A stretch of DNA of 64,000 nucleotides from Candidatus Bathyarchaeota archaeon (GCA_963811105.1 CAWEPZ010000002.1:512001-576000), one strand, 5' to 3'. Positions 44,829 through 55,604 are shown, counted from the stretch's first letter. Numbers and translations are program-made. Notes: generated from the sequence alone by a model not told the origin.

Positions 44829-45779
44829 TCACTGTTTAAACTCAAAGATGTAAATCGATTCTTTTCCATGGTCCGGAATGATGTTTTCGACTATCATCTC
44901 CAAGTCTCCCTTCGTTTTGCCGCTAGCCACTATCACGTTGTTTGCTACTGCAAACCAACCACTTTTTACACCTACGTTTCTTAGCTGTTTTTTTAGCTGC
45001 CTAGAGTTTGCTTTTCCCATTTCTCGAAAGTAGGTGGGCTGCAAATCCTTGTTTTTTAGCAGTTCCTCTATTTCTTCCCAGTTTTCTTGTCTGCGTTCCT
45101 TGGTGCTGAGGTAGAACGCGAGTTTCTCTTCCTCGCTGGGTGTAGCGGGTTTTTCGTATGGAAGTGACTCGACCAGTCCGTGCTCCATTACAGAGCGATC
45201 GCAAATTGCCCTAAGTTCGCGTGCCATTCCGCCGCCGAAGAGGATTCGGTCTGCGTTTATTAAGCCGTCGTAGATGATTCTGCCCTTGAACGGCAAAAGC
45301 ACTGCCTCCACTCTTGCAGGAGGCAGAACAGGAATTATTTCCCACAACGGGGTTCCTAATGCAAGAACCCGGTATGCTTTAGGATCATTGTCAGTTTCTT
45401 CGAGAAATATAGCTCCATTCTCAGTGTAATTGATCACGAAGAAGGCTCCGCTCACATAGTTCTTCCATGACTTTATGATTTCAAGCTCTGACGCGGTGAA
45501 ATTGAAAGGATTTGTGTCAACGAACTGGTCGATAAGGTGGATTCTTTTCATCAAGTCATTTCTTATTTTGAGTTTTTCTTCCGTGGTCAGTTTCAGGAAG
45601 TCGTCTCTGCTATTGACATTAAATTTTGAGCTGAGCTTTTGCGTGGCAAATACCAGCAGATTCTGGTTAAGCTTTAGATAAAGCTGGTAGTTTTCAGGAG
45701 AAAGTCTGAAGGTGAAGTTGCTATCAGGATAATTACTTTTATTTTTCTTATTCGTTGGCATCACCTGTAAACACTTCAT
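44829..45779 (-). CDS. Hypothetical protein, probable element cargo
   Basis: 316-aa ORF with LLPFKGRIIYDG; no function recognised. Confidence 0.65.
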   Translation of the reverse strand: MKCLQVMPTNKKNKSNYPDSNFTFRLSPENYQLYLKLNQNLLVFATQKLSSKFNVNSRDDFLKLTTEEKLKIRNDLMKRIHLIDQFVDTNPFNFTASELEIIKSWKNYVSGAFFVINYTENGAIFLEETDNDPKAYRVLALGTPLWEIIPVLPPARVEAVLLPFKGRIIYDGLINADRILFGGGMARELRAICDRSVMEHGLVESLPYEKPATPSEEEKLAFYLSTKERRQENWEEIEELLKNKDLQPTYFREMGKANSRQLKKQLRNVGVKSGWFAVANNVIVASGKTKGDLEMIVENIIPDHGKESIYIFEFKQ

Positions 45780-45834
45780 TATACAGAGCTTGCTGTGTTA
45801 TTCAAATTTTCGGCACAGTTCCAATTAACGTTTT

Positions 45835-46100
45835 TTAACTGTGACCCATATATTTGACGTATTTCTGGCTTCTTATACGTAGTTCTTGAGAGAGTCGACC
45901 TTTCAAAGCTCCAACTAAAGTCTTGAGTTCTTCCTCAATTGAAGGCAACTCAACTGGCAAAACTAACTTATCAAAGGTAGATGATGATGGCGTGTTTTTT
46001 TCACTCCCATCATCATCTTCTAAGCCTAAGCGAGATGCTTTCAACCGTACAGCAATAAGGGTTTTGCCTAGAATCTTTGCAATAGATTGCATAGATTTTT
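45835..46100 (-). pseudogene. Truncated HTH-containing mobile-element protein
   Basis: IAKILGKT..AVRLKASRLGL...ELPSIEEELK; the 5' end is fused to the truncated integrase. Confidence 0.45.
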
Positions 46101-46923
46101 GGCACACTAGCCAAACTCCAATACCGACACGTCAAACGCGACCTTGAAAAAGGAATTGTACCGATCCATGTTCACGTCGAATCAGAAATCACCAAAGGAA
46201 AATATCATGACTACGACACCTTCCTAAACCAGGAAGCCTCAGACTACCTCAGAGCTTATTTGGAAAACCAAAGAAAAGGCAGCCCAAGAGGCAGAACACC
46301 GCCAGAAAACATCCGAGATGATTCACTACTTATCCGAGACGGCTACAGCAGACACTCACATCCAATAACACCCTGCCCGCCTCTATGCCATAATTCATAA
46401 CCTCTACATAGAAGCAGGATTATTGACCAGCAACCCTCTCGGAAGACGCCACGATCTACGCGCCCACAGCATACGCAAATTCTACCGCACACAAATGGCA
46501 TCCATAGGAGTAGACCGCGACTACATCGAATACATGATGGGCCACACAATCAGCACATATCACGACATAAAAATGAAAGGCATCGAATACCTAAGAGGCA
46601 TATACATGGCATCCGGACTAAGCATAAAACCAAAAACCAGAGTAAACAAACTTGACGCACTCAAAGAAATAATCCGCGCATGGGGACTCAACCCAGAAGA
46701 AATCTTAACTCGCGACGCAATGAGAGAACCAAACCGAACCATAATCGACCGCTCAGAAATAGAAAGCCACCAGCTAAATCAACTGACTTCAGAGTTAAAT
46801 CAGCAAATGCTCAAAGAAATCCAGCAAAACCAACCTGAAAAAAATATGAACTCAAGCTGGGCGAAAAGTAGCCCGGGAGAGATTCGAACTCTCGTCGGAG
46901 GGTCCAAAGCCCTCTATGCTTGA
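46101..46923 (+). pseudogene. Tyrosine integrase, 5'-truncated and frameshifted, with its 3' end running antisense into tRNA-Gln
   Basis: GTLAKL.YRHV...ITKGK...[frameshift near 46375]...HSIRKF...YMMGH...Y; the Arg1 region is deleted. Confidence 0.8.
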
Positions 46924-46941
46924 CCACTACACCACCGGGCT
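46869..46941 (-). tRNA. tRNA-Gln(TTG)
   Basis: AGCCCGG/CCGGGCT acceptor stem, GAGGG-CTTTGGA-CCCTC anticodon arm, GAGAG-TTCGAAT-CTCTC T-arm. Confidence 0.95.
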
Positions 46942-47312
46942 GCGGCATCGTTTAAAGGGCACCTTTTTTCCTAATAAGGATTCCTTGTGTTTTTTATGCT
47001 TGAATGGTGAATAAGTTTTTGTGTCCCCGTATTTATTGCAAAATTTCGTGGATTATCAACGCTATTTTTGGTTGTGCTGGAGCTGGCGCGTGTGTGCTGG
47101 AAATTAGCATTTTTGTATGCTTTTACTGATTAACCTTGAATTGCAGGCTCGAAGAATTATAACTTTCTTTGTGCAATAACTTTATTAAAACCACAAAGCT
47201 TAAATACTTAAATGCTGACTTTGCATAGTTTGCGCGGGCCGAATGTACTATTTCTAGCCCAGACATGGACTTAGTGACGGTTCTACGCATATCAAAATTG
47301 AGGTAGAAAGAA

Positions 47313-48251
47313 TTGAGCAAAAAAGAAACTAAAACACAAACACGCTTGTCTGACAAGTGTGCAGAGTGCGGAAGCGAAAACTTAGTTCACGATTATGACA
47401 CGGGGGAAACCGTTTGCGGCGACTGCGGATTAGTCCTATACGAGCAAATGATGGACAAGGGACCTGAATGGCGTGCATTTACACAAGAGGAGAAAGCGTC
47501 CAGAAGCCGAGTTGGAGTTCCAACATCTTACTCCGTACACGACAAAGGATTGTCCACAGCAATTAGCCAAGTTGATCGAGATGCTTTTGGAAGAAAACTA
47601 CCATTATCCACAAGGTTGCAAATGTGGCGCCTTAGGAAATGGCAAATACGAAGCCGAGTACACTCATCTATTGACCGAAACCTTGCACAAGCCATGGCAG
47701 AGCTTGACCGGCTTTCAGATAAAGTCTATATTCCGCCACCAATCAAAGAAAAAGCTGCAGTGGTTTATCGTAAAGCCCTAGACAAAGGTTTGGTTCGCGG
47801 AAGATCAATTGCTGCAATCGCTGCTGCTGCGCTTTACGCAGCATGCCGAGGAAGCGGAACACCTCGTACACTGCGAGAAATCGCCGAAGCCAGTCTTGTT
47901 GACAAGAAAGACGTTGCAAGATGCTACAGACTACTGTTACGTGAGCTTGACGTTCATATGCCAATCGCAGACCCATTGACATACGTCTCCAAAATCGCAG
48001 AAAAAACTGGGATCTCAGGAAAAACTCAGGGTGCAGCCATTCAAATTCTAAGAGATGCAAGACGCAAACGTGCTGCCGCAGGAAAAGATCCAATGGGTTT
48101 AGCTGCTGCCGCATTGTATATCGCATGTTTGCAAAATGGCGAAAAGAAGACTCAGAAAGACATCGCTGAAGCTGCTGGCGTAACCGAAGTAACAGTCCGC
48201 AACCGCTATAAAACGCTTAAGAAACAACTAAATCTTGAATTGCCTGACTAA
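47313..48251 (+). CDS. tfb: Transcription initiation factor IIB
   Basis: CxxC...CxxC Zn ribbon, GPEWRAF, two cyclin repeats, GVTEVTVRNRY. Confidence 0.97.
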   Translation: MSKKETKTQTRLSDKCAECGSENLVHDYDTGETVCGDCGLVLYEQMMDKGPEWRAFTQEEKASRSRVGVPTSYSVHDKGLSTAISQVDRDAFGRKLPLSTRLQMWRLRKWQIRSRVHSSIDRNLAQAMAELDRLSDKVYIPPPIKEKAAVVYRKALDKGLVRGRSIAAIAAAALYAACRGSGTPRTLREIAEASLVDKKDVARCYRLLLRELDVHMPIADPLTYVSKIAEKTGISGKTQGAAIQILRDARRKRAAAGKDPMGLAAAALYIACLQNGEKKTQKDIAEAAGVTEVTVRNRYKTLKKQLNLELPD

Positions 48252-48259
48252 GGCATTTT

Positions 48260-48472
48260 TTATTCAACATCATTTTCTTCTTTTTCAAGTTCCATAACCA
48301 CGATTCCAACATAGTGGCAATCTTCACAATAATATTGTTTAGGTGTTAGCCAAACTGCTAGGCTGCTTGTTAAGTGAATTTTTGGACTGCAACATCGTGG
48401 ACAAAAAATCTGCGTTGGTTTGCGGTGTTTTGCATTTTTGAAAACTTCGCGGAAATCGTCTACCTTTTTCAC
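48260..48472 (-). CDS. Small Zn-ribbon protein
   Basis: CPRC...CEDC.Y.G. Confidence 0.6.
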   Translation of the reverse strand: MKKVDDFREVFKNAKHRKPTQIFCPRCCSPKIHLTSSLAVWLTPKQYYCEDCHYVGIVVMELEKEENDVE

Positions 48473-48501
48473 ATTACTGCACCTTTGGTTGACTTTGCGG
48501 C

Positions 48502-48810
48502 TTATTGTACTTCAATGTTTTCGGTCGGATAACCCAATTTTAACAAGAATCCGCGAATTCTATCTCGGTGATCTCCTTGCAACATAATTTGACCGTTTTT
48601 GCTAGTTCCTCCGCACGCACAATAAGTTTTAAGTTTTTGTGCAATACTAGCTAAGTTGATGTTTTTATCTTCCATACCGTCGATTACAGTAGTTGGCCTG
48701 CCAAATTTTCTTGTTTCAAGTCTCACGCGAATTCGTTGTTGTTCTTTTTCTATTTCTCCACAAACGCATAAGTCCTTTGGAAGCCCGCACGTTGAACAAA
48801 CTTCAGCCAT
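48502..48810 (-). CDS. sui1: Translation initiation factor aIF1/SUI1
   Basis: MAEVCSTCGLPKDLCVC, LK..CACGGT, LQGDHR. Confidence 0.95.
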   Translation of the reverse strand: MAEVCSTCGLPKDLCVCGEIEKEQQRIRVRLETRKFGRPTTVIDGMEDKNINLASIAQKLKTYCACGGTSKNGQIMLQGDHRDRIRGFLLKLGYPTENIEVQ

Positions 48811-48990
48811 GACACTCAACAGTGAATTAGAATCTGTAATATATAAAAGTTTCAAGAAAGTTGGACAGTAACTGGTTACGGTTACATTAATTATTTATTT
48901 TCTTAGACCCTTAATGGATGTTGATGCGTATGGAAAGCGGCGTTTAAAAGCTACAGCATATAGGCATAACCGAGTAGAGGCAAGGCTTAT

Positions 48991-49405
48991 TTGACATTGT
49001 TAATTACGCATCTCAGCACTGCCACGCAGGTTTCTGACAGGTCAGGTGTACCGCGTTCCAAAATTTATTCGATGCTTGATTCTCTAAAAGATAAAGGTTG
49101 GGTTCGCGTCTATCCTATGTACCCTTGTTATTCAGTGGTTAGGATAAGCAACATTCCAAGTGTTGTTGGAAGAGTTGGTGCCACTCTTGAAGGACAAGGA
49201 TTTGATGATTGTTTTGCCGCAAAACCAAACGCCAACCGAAGAGCTAAAGCAATTAGCTCCATTAGCCACAAGTGAAGCCCGAGTATACATAGATTACATG
49301 GGTCAAGAGGCAAATTCTGACACTGTTAACTTTGCAAGCCGCAGCTTCAGTATTATCAGGGTAGACGACAAAATTCTTGGTGTCTCAGCAATGAAAATAT
49401 TGTAA
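48991..49405 (+). pseudogene. TrmB-family regulator remnant
   Basis: ATQVS.RSGVPRSKIY..L.SL..KGWV HTH followed by frameshifted fragments. Confidence 0.65.
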
Positions 49406-49473
49406 ATGTGCTAAATGCCTTATGGAAACATTTGAAGAAGCTGGCACTACGCACAAAATGTTGGGATATTTGT

Positions 49474-50034
49474 CTACAGCTTTTCCTCTAAGTCTTTAGC
49501 GTTAACTTCTATCATTTGTTTTGCTATCTCTGAAATTTGCTGCCTGAATTTTTCTCCCATCTTGTTGAAACGCATAGCTGCTGATGGATGAATAACTTGC
49601 ACGTATTGTATACCTTCGAGTCGTGGGGTTTCTTTTGCAGATGCCCCAAGCAACACGATTATTTTTGGTTTAATCACGTTGATTTGTTTAATCAAGTAAG
49701 GTAGACATGCGGCTACTTCATCGTTGTAAGGTTTTCTGTTTTGAGGAGAAATGTGTTTGACGATGTTGGTTATGAAGACATCTTCGCGTTTTACGTGGTT
49801 CTCTGAAAGTACTTTGGTTAAGAATTTTCCAGCTCTTCCGACAAAAGGCTTCCCTGATTCGTCCTCGTCAGCTCCAGGGTTCTGTCCTACCAGCATAACC
49901 TTAGCGTTTAAGGGTCCTTCGCCTGGTACGCTGTGTTTTGCTCCTTGCCAAAGCCTGCATTTTCTGCAACCATAAATTTGCTGGTTTAGATTTTCAAGCG
50001 CCAAATTATTCGCCTTGTAGGTGGGTATTGACAA
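49474..50034 (-). CDS. udg: Uracil-DNA glycosylase, family 4
   Basis: CxxCxL, VPGEG, GQNPG, PFVGRAG, TNIVK, NRKP, HPSA. Confidence 0.9.
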   Translation of the reverse strand: MSIPTYKANNLALENLNQQIYGCRKCRLWQGAKHSVPGEGPLNAKVMLVGQNPGADEDESGKPFVGRAGKFLTKVLSENHVKREDVFITNIVKHISPQNRKPYNDEVAACLPYLIKQINVIKPKIIVLLGASAKETPRLEGIQYVQVIHPSAAMRFNKMGEKFRQQISEIAKQMIEVNAKDLEEKL

Positions 50035-50130
50035 TCACACAAGCTTAAAAAAACCGCGGTACTAGTATTTTTAAGTGAGTTCTTGTTTGGTTTAGATGGA
50101 AGCGAGCAGGCTTTTGAAGGAAGTTAAATA

Positions 50131-50430
50131 ATGCAGGGAGAATCGGTTTCTGACTCATTCATAGAGAGTACAGTTCGGGTTCTTTTACGAGTTGTTTTTG
50201 TTTTTGAGCCTTTGGCACCTACAGCTATAACTAGATTGGTAAACCAGCAATTGCATAGATACAAAGAAGCAGGCGCAGTTGGGAATTTTAAGACTAAAAC
50301 CAAACGGTTAGGAAAATTCCATTACCGTATTGAAGTCGATTTGGACTTAACCGGAATGCAAGCGGCTCATCTCCTCGCTAACCTATTTCCCAAACAATTA
50401 AGCAGATTTAGGAGGTGGTTCCATGACTGA
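50131..50430 (+). CDS. Hypothetical protein
   Basis: 99-aa ORF coupled to the next small ORF. Confidence 0.55.
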   Translation: MQGESVSDSFIESTVRVLLRVVFVFEPLAPTAITRLVNQQLHRYKEAGAVGNFKTKTKRLGKFHYRIEVDLDLTGMQAAHLLANLFPKQLSRFRRWFHD

Positions 50431-50575
50431 AATGGCCGACAAGAAAGGACGCTTGAAACTGACGGTAGAAGTAGAGGTTAACCAAGAACTTATGGACTTA
50501 GCAAAAGAAACAATGTCTAAAATGTCAATGAAAATTCCTGATCTAATGAAGCGCGGTGGGGAAAACAAGCAATAA
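50423..50575 (+). CDS. Small hypothetical protein (50 aa)
   Basis: GGAGGTG Shine-Dalgarno before the ATG; MTEMADKKGRLKLTVEVEVNQELMD...; below the ORF-track cutoff. Confidence 0.55.
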   Translation: MTEMADKKGRLKLTVEVEVNQELMDLAKETMSKMSMKIPDLMKRGGENKQ

Positions 50576-50702
50576 GCTCAGCTATCATAAATGAATTCGA
50601 GTTTTTTTCTTTCTAAATTTTAAATGTTTCAGATCAACAGTATTTGATTGTTTGTTTAAACAACTCAGATACTATTTTTTCGAAGCTAATTCGCATTTTT
50701 CC

Positions 50703-51680
50703 TTAATCGATTTGTTTCTTTTCTGTAGGTACATGCTTATGCAAAAAGCTAACCCTGGACGAGAGCAAAGGCAGAATTTTCTCTACTGCAATAAAGGCCA
50801 AAGTAGCATATGCTATGCCTGCCAAAACATCAACGAAATAATGCTCCCCAAGGTAGACTGCGCTAAACCAAGTGCCAACTGGAATAATTGCGACTGGAAG
50901 AGACTTCCATCTCCAAACTTTAAACGCAAAAAGAAACACCAGCCATGGTATAGCTGAATGCATGCTTGGAAGAGCGGCAAATAAATTTGGACTTAAGAAA
51001 TCAAACAGTGTCTTGTAAACAGGAAGACCTAGATTAACATCAACTGCTCCAGTTAGAACTCTCAGAACCTGTGGTCCCACGTATGCAGGATTGAAAGCCG
51101 AGTTATACTCCCACCATGGAGGCGCAACAGGATAAAATAGAAATGTTACCAACGCGGCATACGTTAAAACCCCAAAAGAAACAGTGTACTTCCAATAGTT
51201 TCTTGGGCTTTTTTTCCAAAGAATAAAAGCAAAAATGGTTGGCACAAAAAAGTAAATGCCGTAAAATACTGCTCCCATGTAATCTAAGAATGGAAATCTA
51301 AAACTTTGTTGAAGAGCCAAGCTTGGAAGCTGTCCAAACAAAGCAAGGTCAAAATTACGGGGTCCCGAATGAAGATTGTTCGCTGAAATGGTTCCTACTA
51401 TGCTGTACATGATTTCATAGGAAATAAATACCGTTACGAAAGGTAGCCAATCCTTCAAAGCACTGTATGTACGTTTATTGTATGAAGCGTAGAATAGGAT
51501 GCCTAAAACAAGAAATTCAGGTCCTGGAATTATTTCGTATCTTATACAAAAAACTGTTATTGCAACTACGTATACCGCCATAAAAACAAGTGAGAAGAAG
51601 CGCGTAGAATGATAGTCAAAGCTTAAATCATGCTTCCATTTTTCCAGCTTCGACTGCGTTTCCTCTTTCTTCTTCACCAT
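50703..51680 (-). CDS. PAP2-superfamily (Aur1/IPC-synthase-like) membrane protein
   Basis: YPVAPPW, AALPSMH and VYLGEHYFVD motifs; multiple TMs. Confidence 0.85.
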   Translation of the reverse strand: MVKKKEETQSKLEKWKHDLSFDYHSTRFFSLVFMAVYVVAITVFCIRYEIIPGPEFLVLGILFYASYNKRTYSALKDWLPFVTVFISYEIMYSIVGTISANNLHSGPRNFDLALFGQLPSLALQQSFRFPFLDYMGAVFYGIYFFVPTIFAFILWKKSPRNYWKYTVSFGVLTYAALVTFLFYPVAPPWWEYNSAFNPAYVGPQVLRVLTGAVDVNLGLPVYKTLFDFLSPNLFAALPSMHSAIPWLVFLFAFKVWRWKSLPVAIIPVGTWFSAVYLGEHYFVDVLAGIAYATLAFIAVEKILPLLSSRVSFLHKHVPTEKKQID

Positions 51681-51870
51681 TAGCTAACCATTACCAGCCT
51701 CTTAGCTTATATGAGCTTTTTTAAATGCCTTTTCCCAATTCACCCCTATTTCAAACCAAGCAACCTTCAATTAGGCTCAAGATTCTATTTTTCCTCAGTG
51801 CAAAAACTCCATTTCTTAAGGGGCACAAAAACTTTAGAAACCCGCATAAACCCTAACATGCTGTGGAAGA

Positions 51871-52192
51871 ATGGAGAAAGTCTGGGAAGAACTCAAAAAA
51901 ATCGAAGCCAAAGCTGACCAAATCAAGAGCACTGCTCAAAATAAAGCCAAAGAAATAACTGTCCTAGCGCAACAAGAAGCGGAGAAACTCGTAGCAAACA
52001 GCAAAACTTACGCTGAAGAAGAGGCGAAGCAAGCTTTACGCAGACTCAATTGAGGAAGCAAACCGCAACTGTGTTGAACAGCTGAAAGGAAATCAAGAAG
52101 CCGCAGAAGATCTAAAAATACAATCGGAAAAACGCATGAAACAAGCCTCCACGGAAATTGTGAACTCAGTGCTCGGAGAAACCAAACATTGA
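51871..52192 (+). pseudogene. atpH: A-type ATP synthase subunit H (G), +1 frameshift near 52032
   Basis: Coiled-coil LKKIEAKADQI...A; removing one base restores LYADSIEEA...EIVNSVLGE-stop, overlapping the atpC start. Confidence 0.65.
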
Positions 52193-53241
52193 TCCAGACA
52201 ACGCTTTACGCTTCTGTTCTAGCCAAAATCGGCGCTGAAAGAGGCAAACTGCTTAGTGAAGCAAAACTGAAAACTCTAACCGAAACCAAAAAACTCCAAG
52301 AATTTACAAATCAACTAAGAGACACCACTTACCAAGAGAAATTAGCCAAAATACCTTTGCCCCTAACAAGTCGCAAACTTGAAAGAGCATTCAACGAAAA
52401 TCTCATTTCAACATATGAAAAGTTAATTAAAAGCTCACCCAAAAAAGCCAAGGAATACCTCCATTTGTATCTTTATAGATTTGAGGTTGAAAACATTAAG
52501 GCCATCATAAAAGCAACCAACGCTAACCTAACCCCCGAGCAAAAAATAAACAAAACCTATCTTTCCGTGCAAGATTACCTCAAGAATAGGGCTGTCATTG
52601 AAGAAGCTGCCAAAGCTCTGACCTTAAAACAGATCGCTAATGTCATGAAAAACACTGATTACTCGTTAGCGCTGAGTATGGGGTTGGAGAGTTATGAGGA
52701 GGATGGATCAACTGCATGCATTGATGTACTACTTGACAAGGTATTCTACGAGAAACTTTATGAAACCTATGAGAGTCTCGCCAAAAACGAAAAGCCGCAC
52801 GCACTTTTTTACTCAAGTATGAACAACGACAGCTTCACGCTGTTGACACTTCTGAGAGGAAAAGCCTTAGCATACGACCCTAACTGGCTAAGATTAGCAG
52901 TTCCGCAAAATAATTTTAACCTTGACAAGGAAACAGTTGAATCTCTAGTTTCAACAATCGATTTCGACTCAGCCCTAAAAATTGCCCAGGAAAGCTATTA
53001 TTCACAATACATCGTCAAAGCAGCAAATTCATCGGAAATAATCGCAAATAGCGAAAAAGCCTTCAAAAGAGCAGTGCTTGAGTATGCCAAAACTAGCATA
53101 GTTAATGAGACTTTTAACATTGGGGCAGTGCTTGCATTTATAACGCAGAAAGAAAATGAAGTGCATAATCTCACTATAATTAGCTTAGGTGTGGAAGCAA
53201 ATATGGAACCTGCATACATACAAAATCAACTTTTACTTTGA
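52189..53241 (+). CDS. atpC: A-type ATP synthase subunit C
   Basis: YA.V.AKI....GKLL, FEVENIKAII, KENEVHNL..I..G. Confidence 0.85.
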   Translation: MIQTTLYASVLAKIGAERGKLLSEAKLKTLTETKKLQEFTNQLRDTTYQEKLAKIPLPLTSRKLERAFNENLISTYEKLIKSSPKKAKEYLHLYLYRFEVENIKAIIKATNANLTPEQKINKTYLSVQDYLKNRAVIEEAAKALTLKQIANVMKNTDYSLALSMGLESYEEDGSTACIDVLLDKVFYEKLYETYESLAKNEKPHALFYSSMNNDSFTLLTLLRGKALAYDPNWLRLAVPQNNFNLDKETVESLVSTIDFDSALKIAQESYYSQYIVKAANSSEIIANSEKAFKRAVLEYAKTSIVNETFNIGAVLAFITQKENEVHNLTIISLGVEANMEPAYIQNQLLL

Positions 53242-55250
53242 GATTGTTTTGGCTTTGCAACCATTTTTGTATAGAAGAAGTTTTGCTTAAACGGTTTGAA
53301 TGGAGTTCCTGTGCCCTGATAGAACTTGCTAAACCACTCGTAAAAGTGCAGTCTTAAAGTGTGGATAAAAACGATTAAGCCTTCGAGGGCAATTACAAAA
53401 ATGTTTCCTCCCACAACAACTAAGCCAGTAACAATTAGACTCAAAATTGAAGCCGTACCTATCAAACCAGCAACAGTGTAAGTGGCAAGAATCAACGCCC
53501 AATGAGCCATTAGCAAAGCCAGAATCCGTGTGTAAGAAATCGTGTTGCCAAGCAGGCGCGTCACTAAGTCGCCGCTTTCAAAAAGCCTCTGACCCAACGA
53601 GTTCTGTTCACTCTGAGCGCCAACCGCACCCAAAGAAAACCTCGAAAGAGCCAAAAAAGCAGGTTTAGCAAAAACTAGGAAAACAAATGGTGCAATCACA
53701 AGCAAGATTGGACCGCTGAACCATAAGGCAAAATTCAACTGGTAAACTACAATAAGGTAGACGGCTCCAACATAAAATGCCATTTTAGGCGCAGAAGTGA
53801 AGATTGCATCTGCGACGTTTTTTCTTAGTAGGAAATTCGCCATTTCTAAAGCTAAACCGCTCATGATTTGTATTATGCCAATGAATAGGCTGAAAATCAG
53901 AAACATAAAGACATTATTGGTTGGATTGAATGGATTGAACCATAGAGGGGCAAGTTCCACCCCGAAGAATTCGCCATATAATGCTCCAGCTATGATAGCG
54001 CCAACGCCGCAAGCAGCCAAAATCCAGCAGACGTTTTTAATCGCCTGATTTCTTTTTATCAATATACCTATCGTTAACCCGCCAACCAGTAAAATTAAGC
54101 CATGTCCAATGTCACCGAACATTAACCCAAAAATGATTGGGAACGTCAAGGCAATAAGAGGAGTTGGATCTAACTCATCATAATGCGGTAACCCGTAGAG
54201 TTGTGTTATTTCCTCAAAAGGCTTGACAAACCTGCTATGGCTAAACTTTGTAGGGGGATCTTCAACCTCAGTCACTTCGTTCTGCAGCACCAACGCCTTT
54301 CCTTCAAGCATCACATTGACTTTTTCGCTCAATGAATCGAATTCTTTCTTGGGAACAAACCCTTTGATGGTTGCAAGTCGTCCAGACTGCAGGATCTTTC
54401 TTTTAGCATTAAGTAAGGCGAGAATGTTTTCAGTGGTTTCTTTCAATGAAGCAACTTTGCTTCTGTTTTCATTACTTAATTTGGTTAATGAGGACAAAAT
54501 GGCTTTTTCGTTATTCATGTTCTCATTTATTCGATTGTTAACTTCTTTGAGTGCTTCAGATGTATCGTGCGGTAAATCATTGGGAACTTGAAAGATTTCA
54601 GCGTGATGAATCTTTAAAATTTTCCCAATTTCTTCTTGACGTTTGCTGGGCATCACTATGCAGGCGAAATCTGTTTTTTTAGTTAGGTAGCAGCGATGCA
54701 GAATAATCGGGAACCCAGCCAAAGCTGTGATGAGTCCCGCGATGTTCTTGTGAGGTACACTTGTAATTTCAATACGGATTAGTTGCAGCTCATCCATTGC
54801 AGCAAGGTCTGCACCCATCTTATTCATTATCGTCAAAACATCTTTGATGTGATTGTGCTCAGAGGTTATTTCTTGTAAATTTGATAGAGCAGAATTGAGG
54901 GTTTCAACTTCTTTTTTTAGAACTAAGATTTGTTGGGTTGTGAATTGAAGAAGCTCTTGCCAGTTTTCTACGGTTACTTTAGTTTTAGTTGGTTGTGTAC
55001 TTTTGAAGATGTCAAATGGGCTTGATTTTTCCTGGACAAGCCACCGACTCAATTCGTTGACGTTTAACAGTGATTCTTCAGCTCCCTGAATTGATTGGTT
55101 GTATTCGGTAACGCTTGCCTCTTGGGTTGCTTGTTCAATGTGAAATTCCCCAAAACTGCTTAGCGCTTCCAGTACAGATTCAACGTGTTTTGCGCTGCAG
55201 ATAACGGAGGCAAAAGTCATTCTTTCTGGTTGGAACATATTCCCTAACAA
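53226..55250 (-). CDS. atpI: A-type ATP synthase subunit I (a), on the opposite strand to the rest of the cluster
   Basis: PPT...KPFE....YGLP.Y.ELDPT, FGLMFGDIGHG, ISYTRILAL, HTLRLHFYEWFSKFY.G.G..FKPF. Confidence 0.95.
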   Translation of the reverse strand: MLGNMFQPERMTFASVICSAKHVESVLEALSSFGEFHIEQATQEASVTEYNQSIQGAEESLLNVNELSRWLVQEKSSPFDIFKSTQPTKTKVTVENWQELLQFTTQQILVLKKEVETLNSALSNLQEITSEHNHIKDVLTIMNKMGADLAAMDELQLIRIEITSVPHKNIAGLITALAGFPIILHRCYLTKKTDFACIVMPSKRQEEIGKILKIHHAEIFQVPNDLPHDTSEALKEVNNRINENMNNEKAILSSLTKLSNENRSKVASLKETTENILALLNAKRKILQSGRLATIKGFVPKKEFDSLSEKVNVMLEGKALVLQNEVTEVEDPPTKFSHSRFVKPFEEITQLYGLPHYDELDPTPLIALTFPIIFGLMFGDIGHGLILLVGGLTIGILIKRNQAIKNVCWILAACGVGAIIAGALYGEFFGVELAPLWFNPFNPTNNVFMFLIFSLFIGIIQIMSGLALEMANFLLRKNVADAIFTSAPKMAFYVGAVYLIVVYQLNFALWFSGPILLVIAPFVFLVFAKPAFLALSRFSLGAVGAQSEQNSLGQRLFESGDLVTRLLGNTISYTRILALLMAHWALILATYTVAGLIGTASILSLIVTGLVVVGGNIFVIALEGLIVFIHTLRLHFYEWFSKFYQGTGTPFKPFKQNFFYTKMVAKPKQSQSKS

Positions 55251-55295
55251 AATGTTGATTAACCTAGGAATTAAAGTTTCATTAGGCGAAACAGA

Positions 55296-55604
55296 ATGCT
55301 AGGTTTTGTCATTGGAGACAGCGACATGATTACTGGGTTTAGGCTTGTAGGTGTTGAAGGGGTCGAAGTAAGTTCACCTGAAGAAGCGTTACAGGCTCTA
55401 AACAAAGCGCTCGCTCAAACTGACCTGGCGCTCATTATTATAAGCGAAGACTTTTCTACCCAGCCGAAACTTCATGAAACAATCGATAAAACACGCCGCG
55501 AAAAAAGGCACCCATTAATCGTGGAGTTACCTGGAAGCAATGGAAAACCAACTCAAATCCGTATGTCTGACCTCATGAGCAAAACCTTAGGCATTAGAAT
55601 GTGA
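55296..55604 (+). CDS. atpF: A-type ATP synthase subunit F
   Basis: VIGD.D..TGFRLVGV, P.IVELP. Confidence 0.92.
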   Translation: MLGFVIGDSDMITGFRLVGVEGVEVSSPEEALQALNKALAQTDLALIIISEDFSTQPKLHETIDKTRREKRHPLIVELPGSNGKPTQIRMSDLMSKTLGIRM

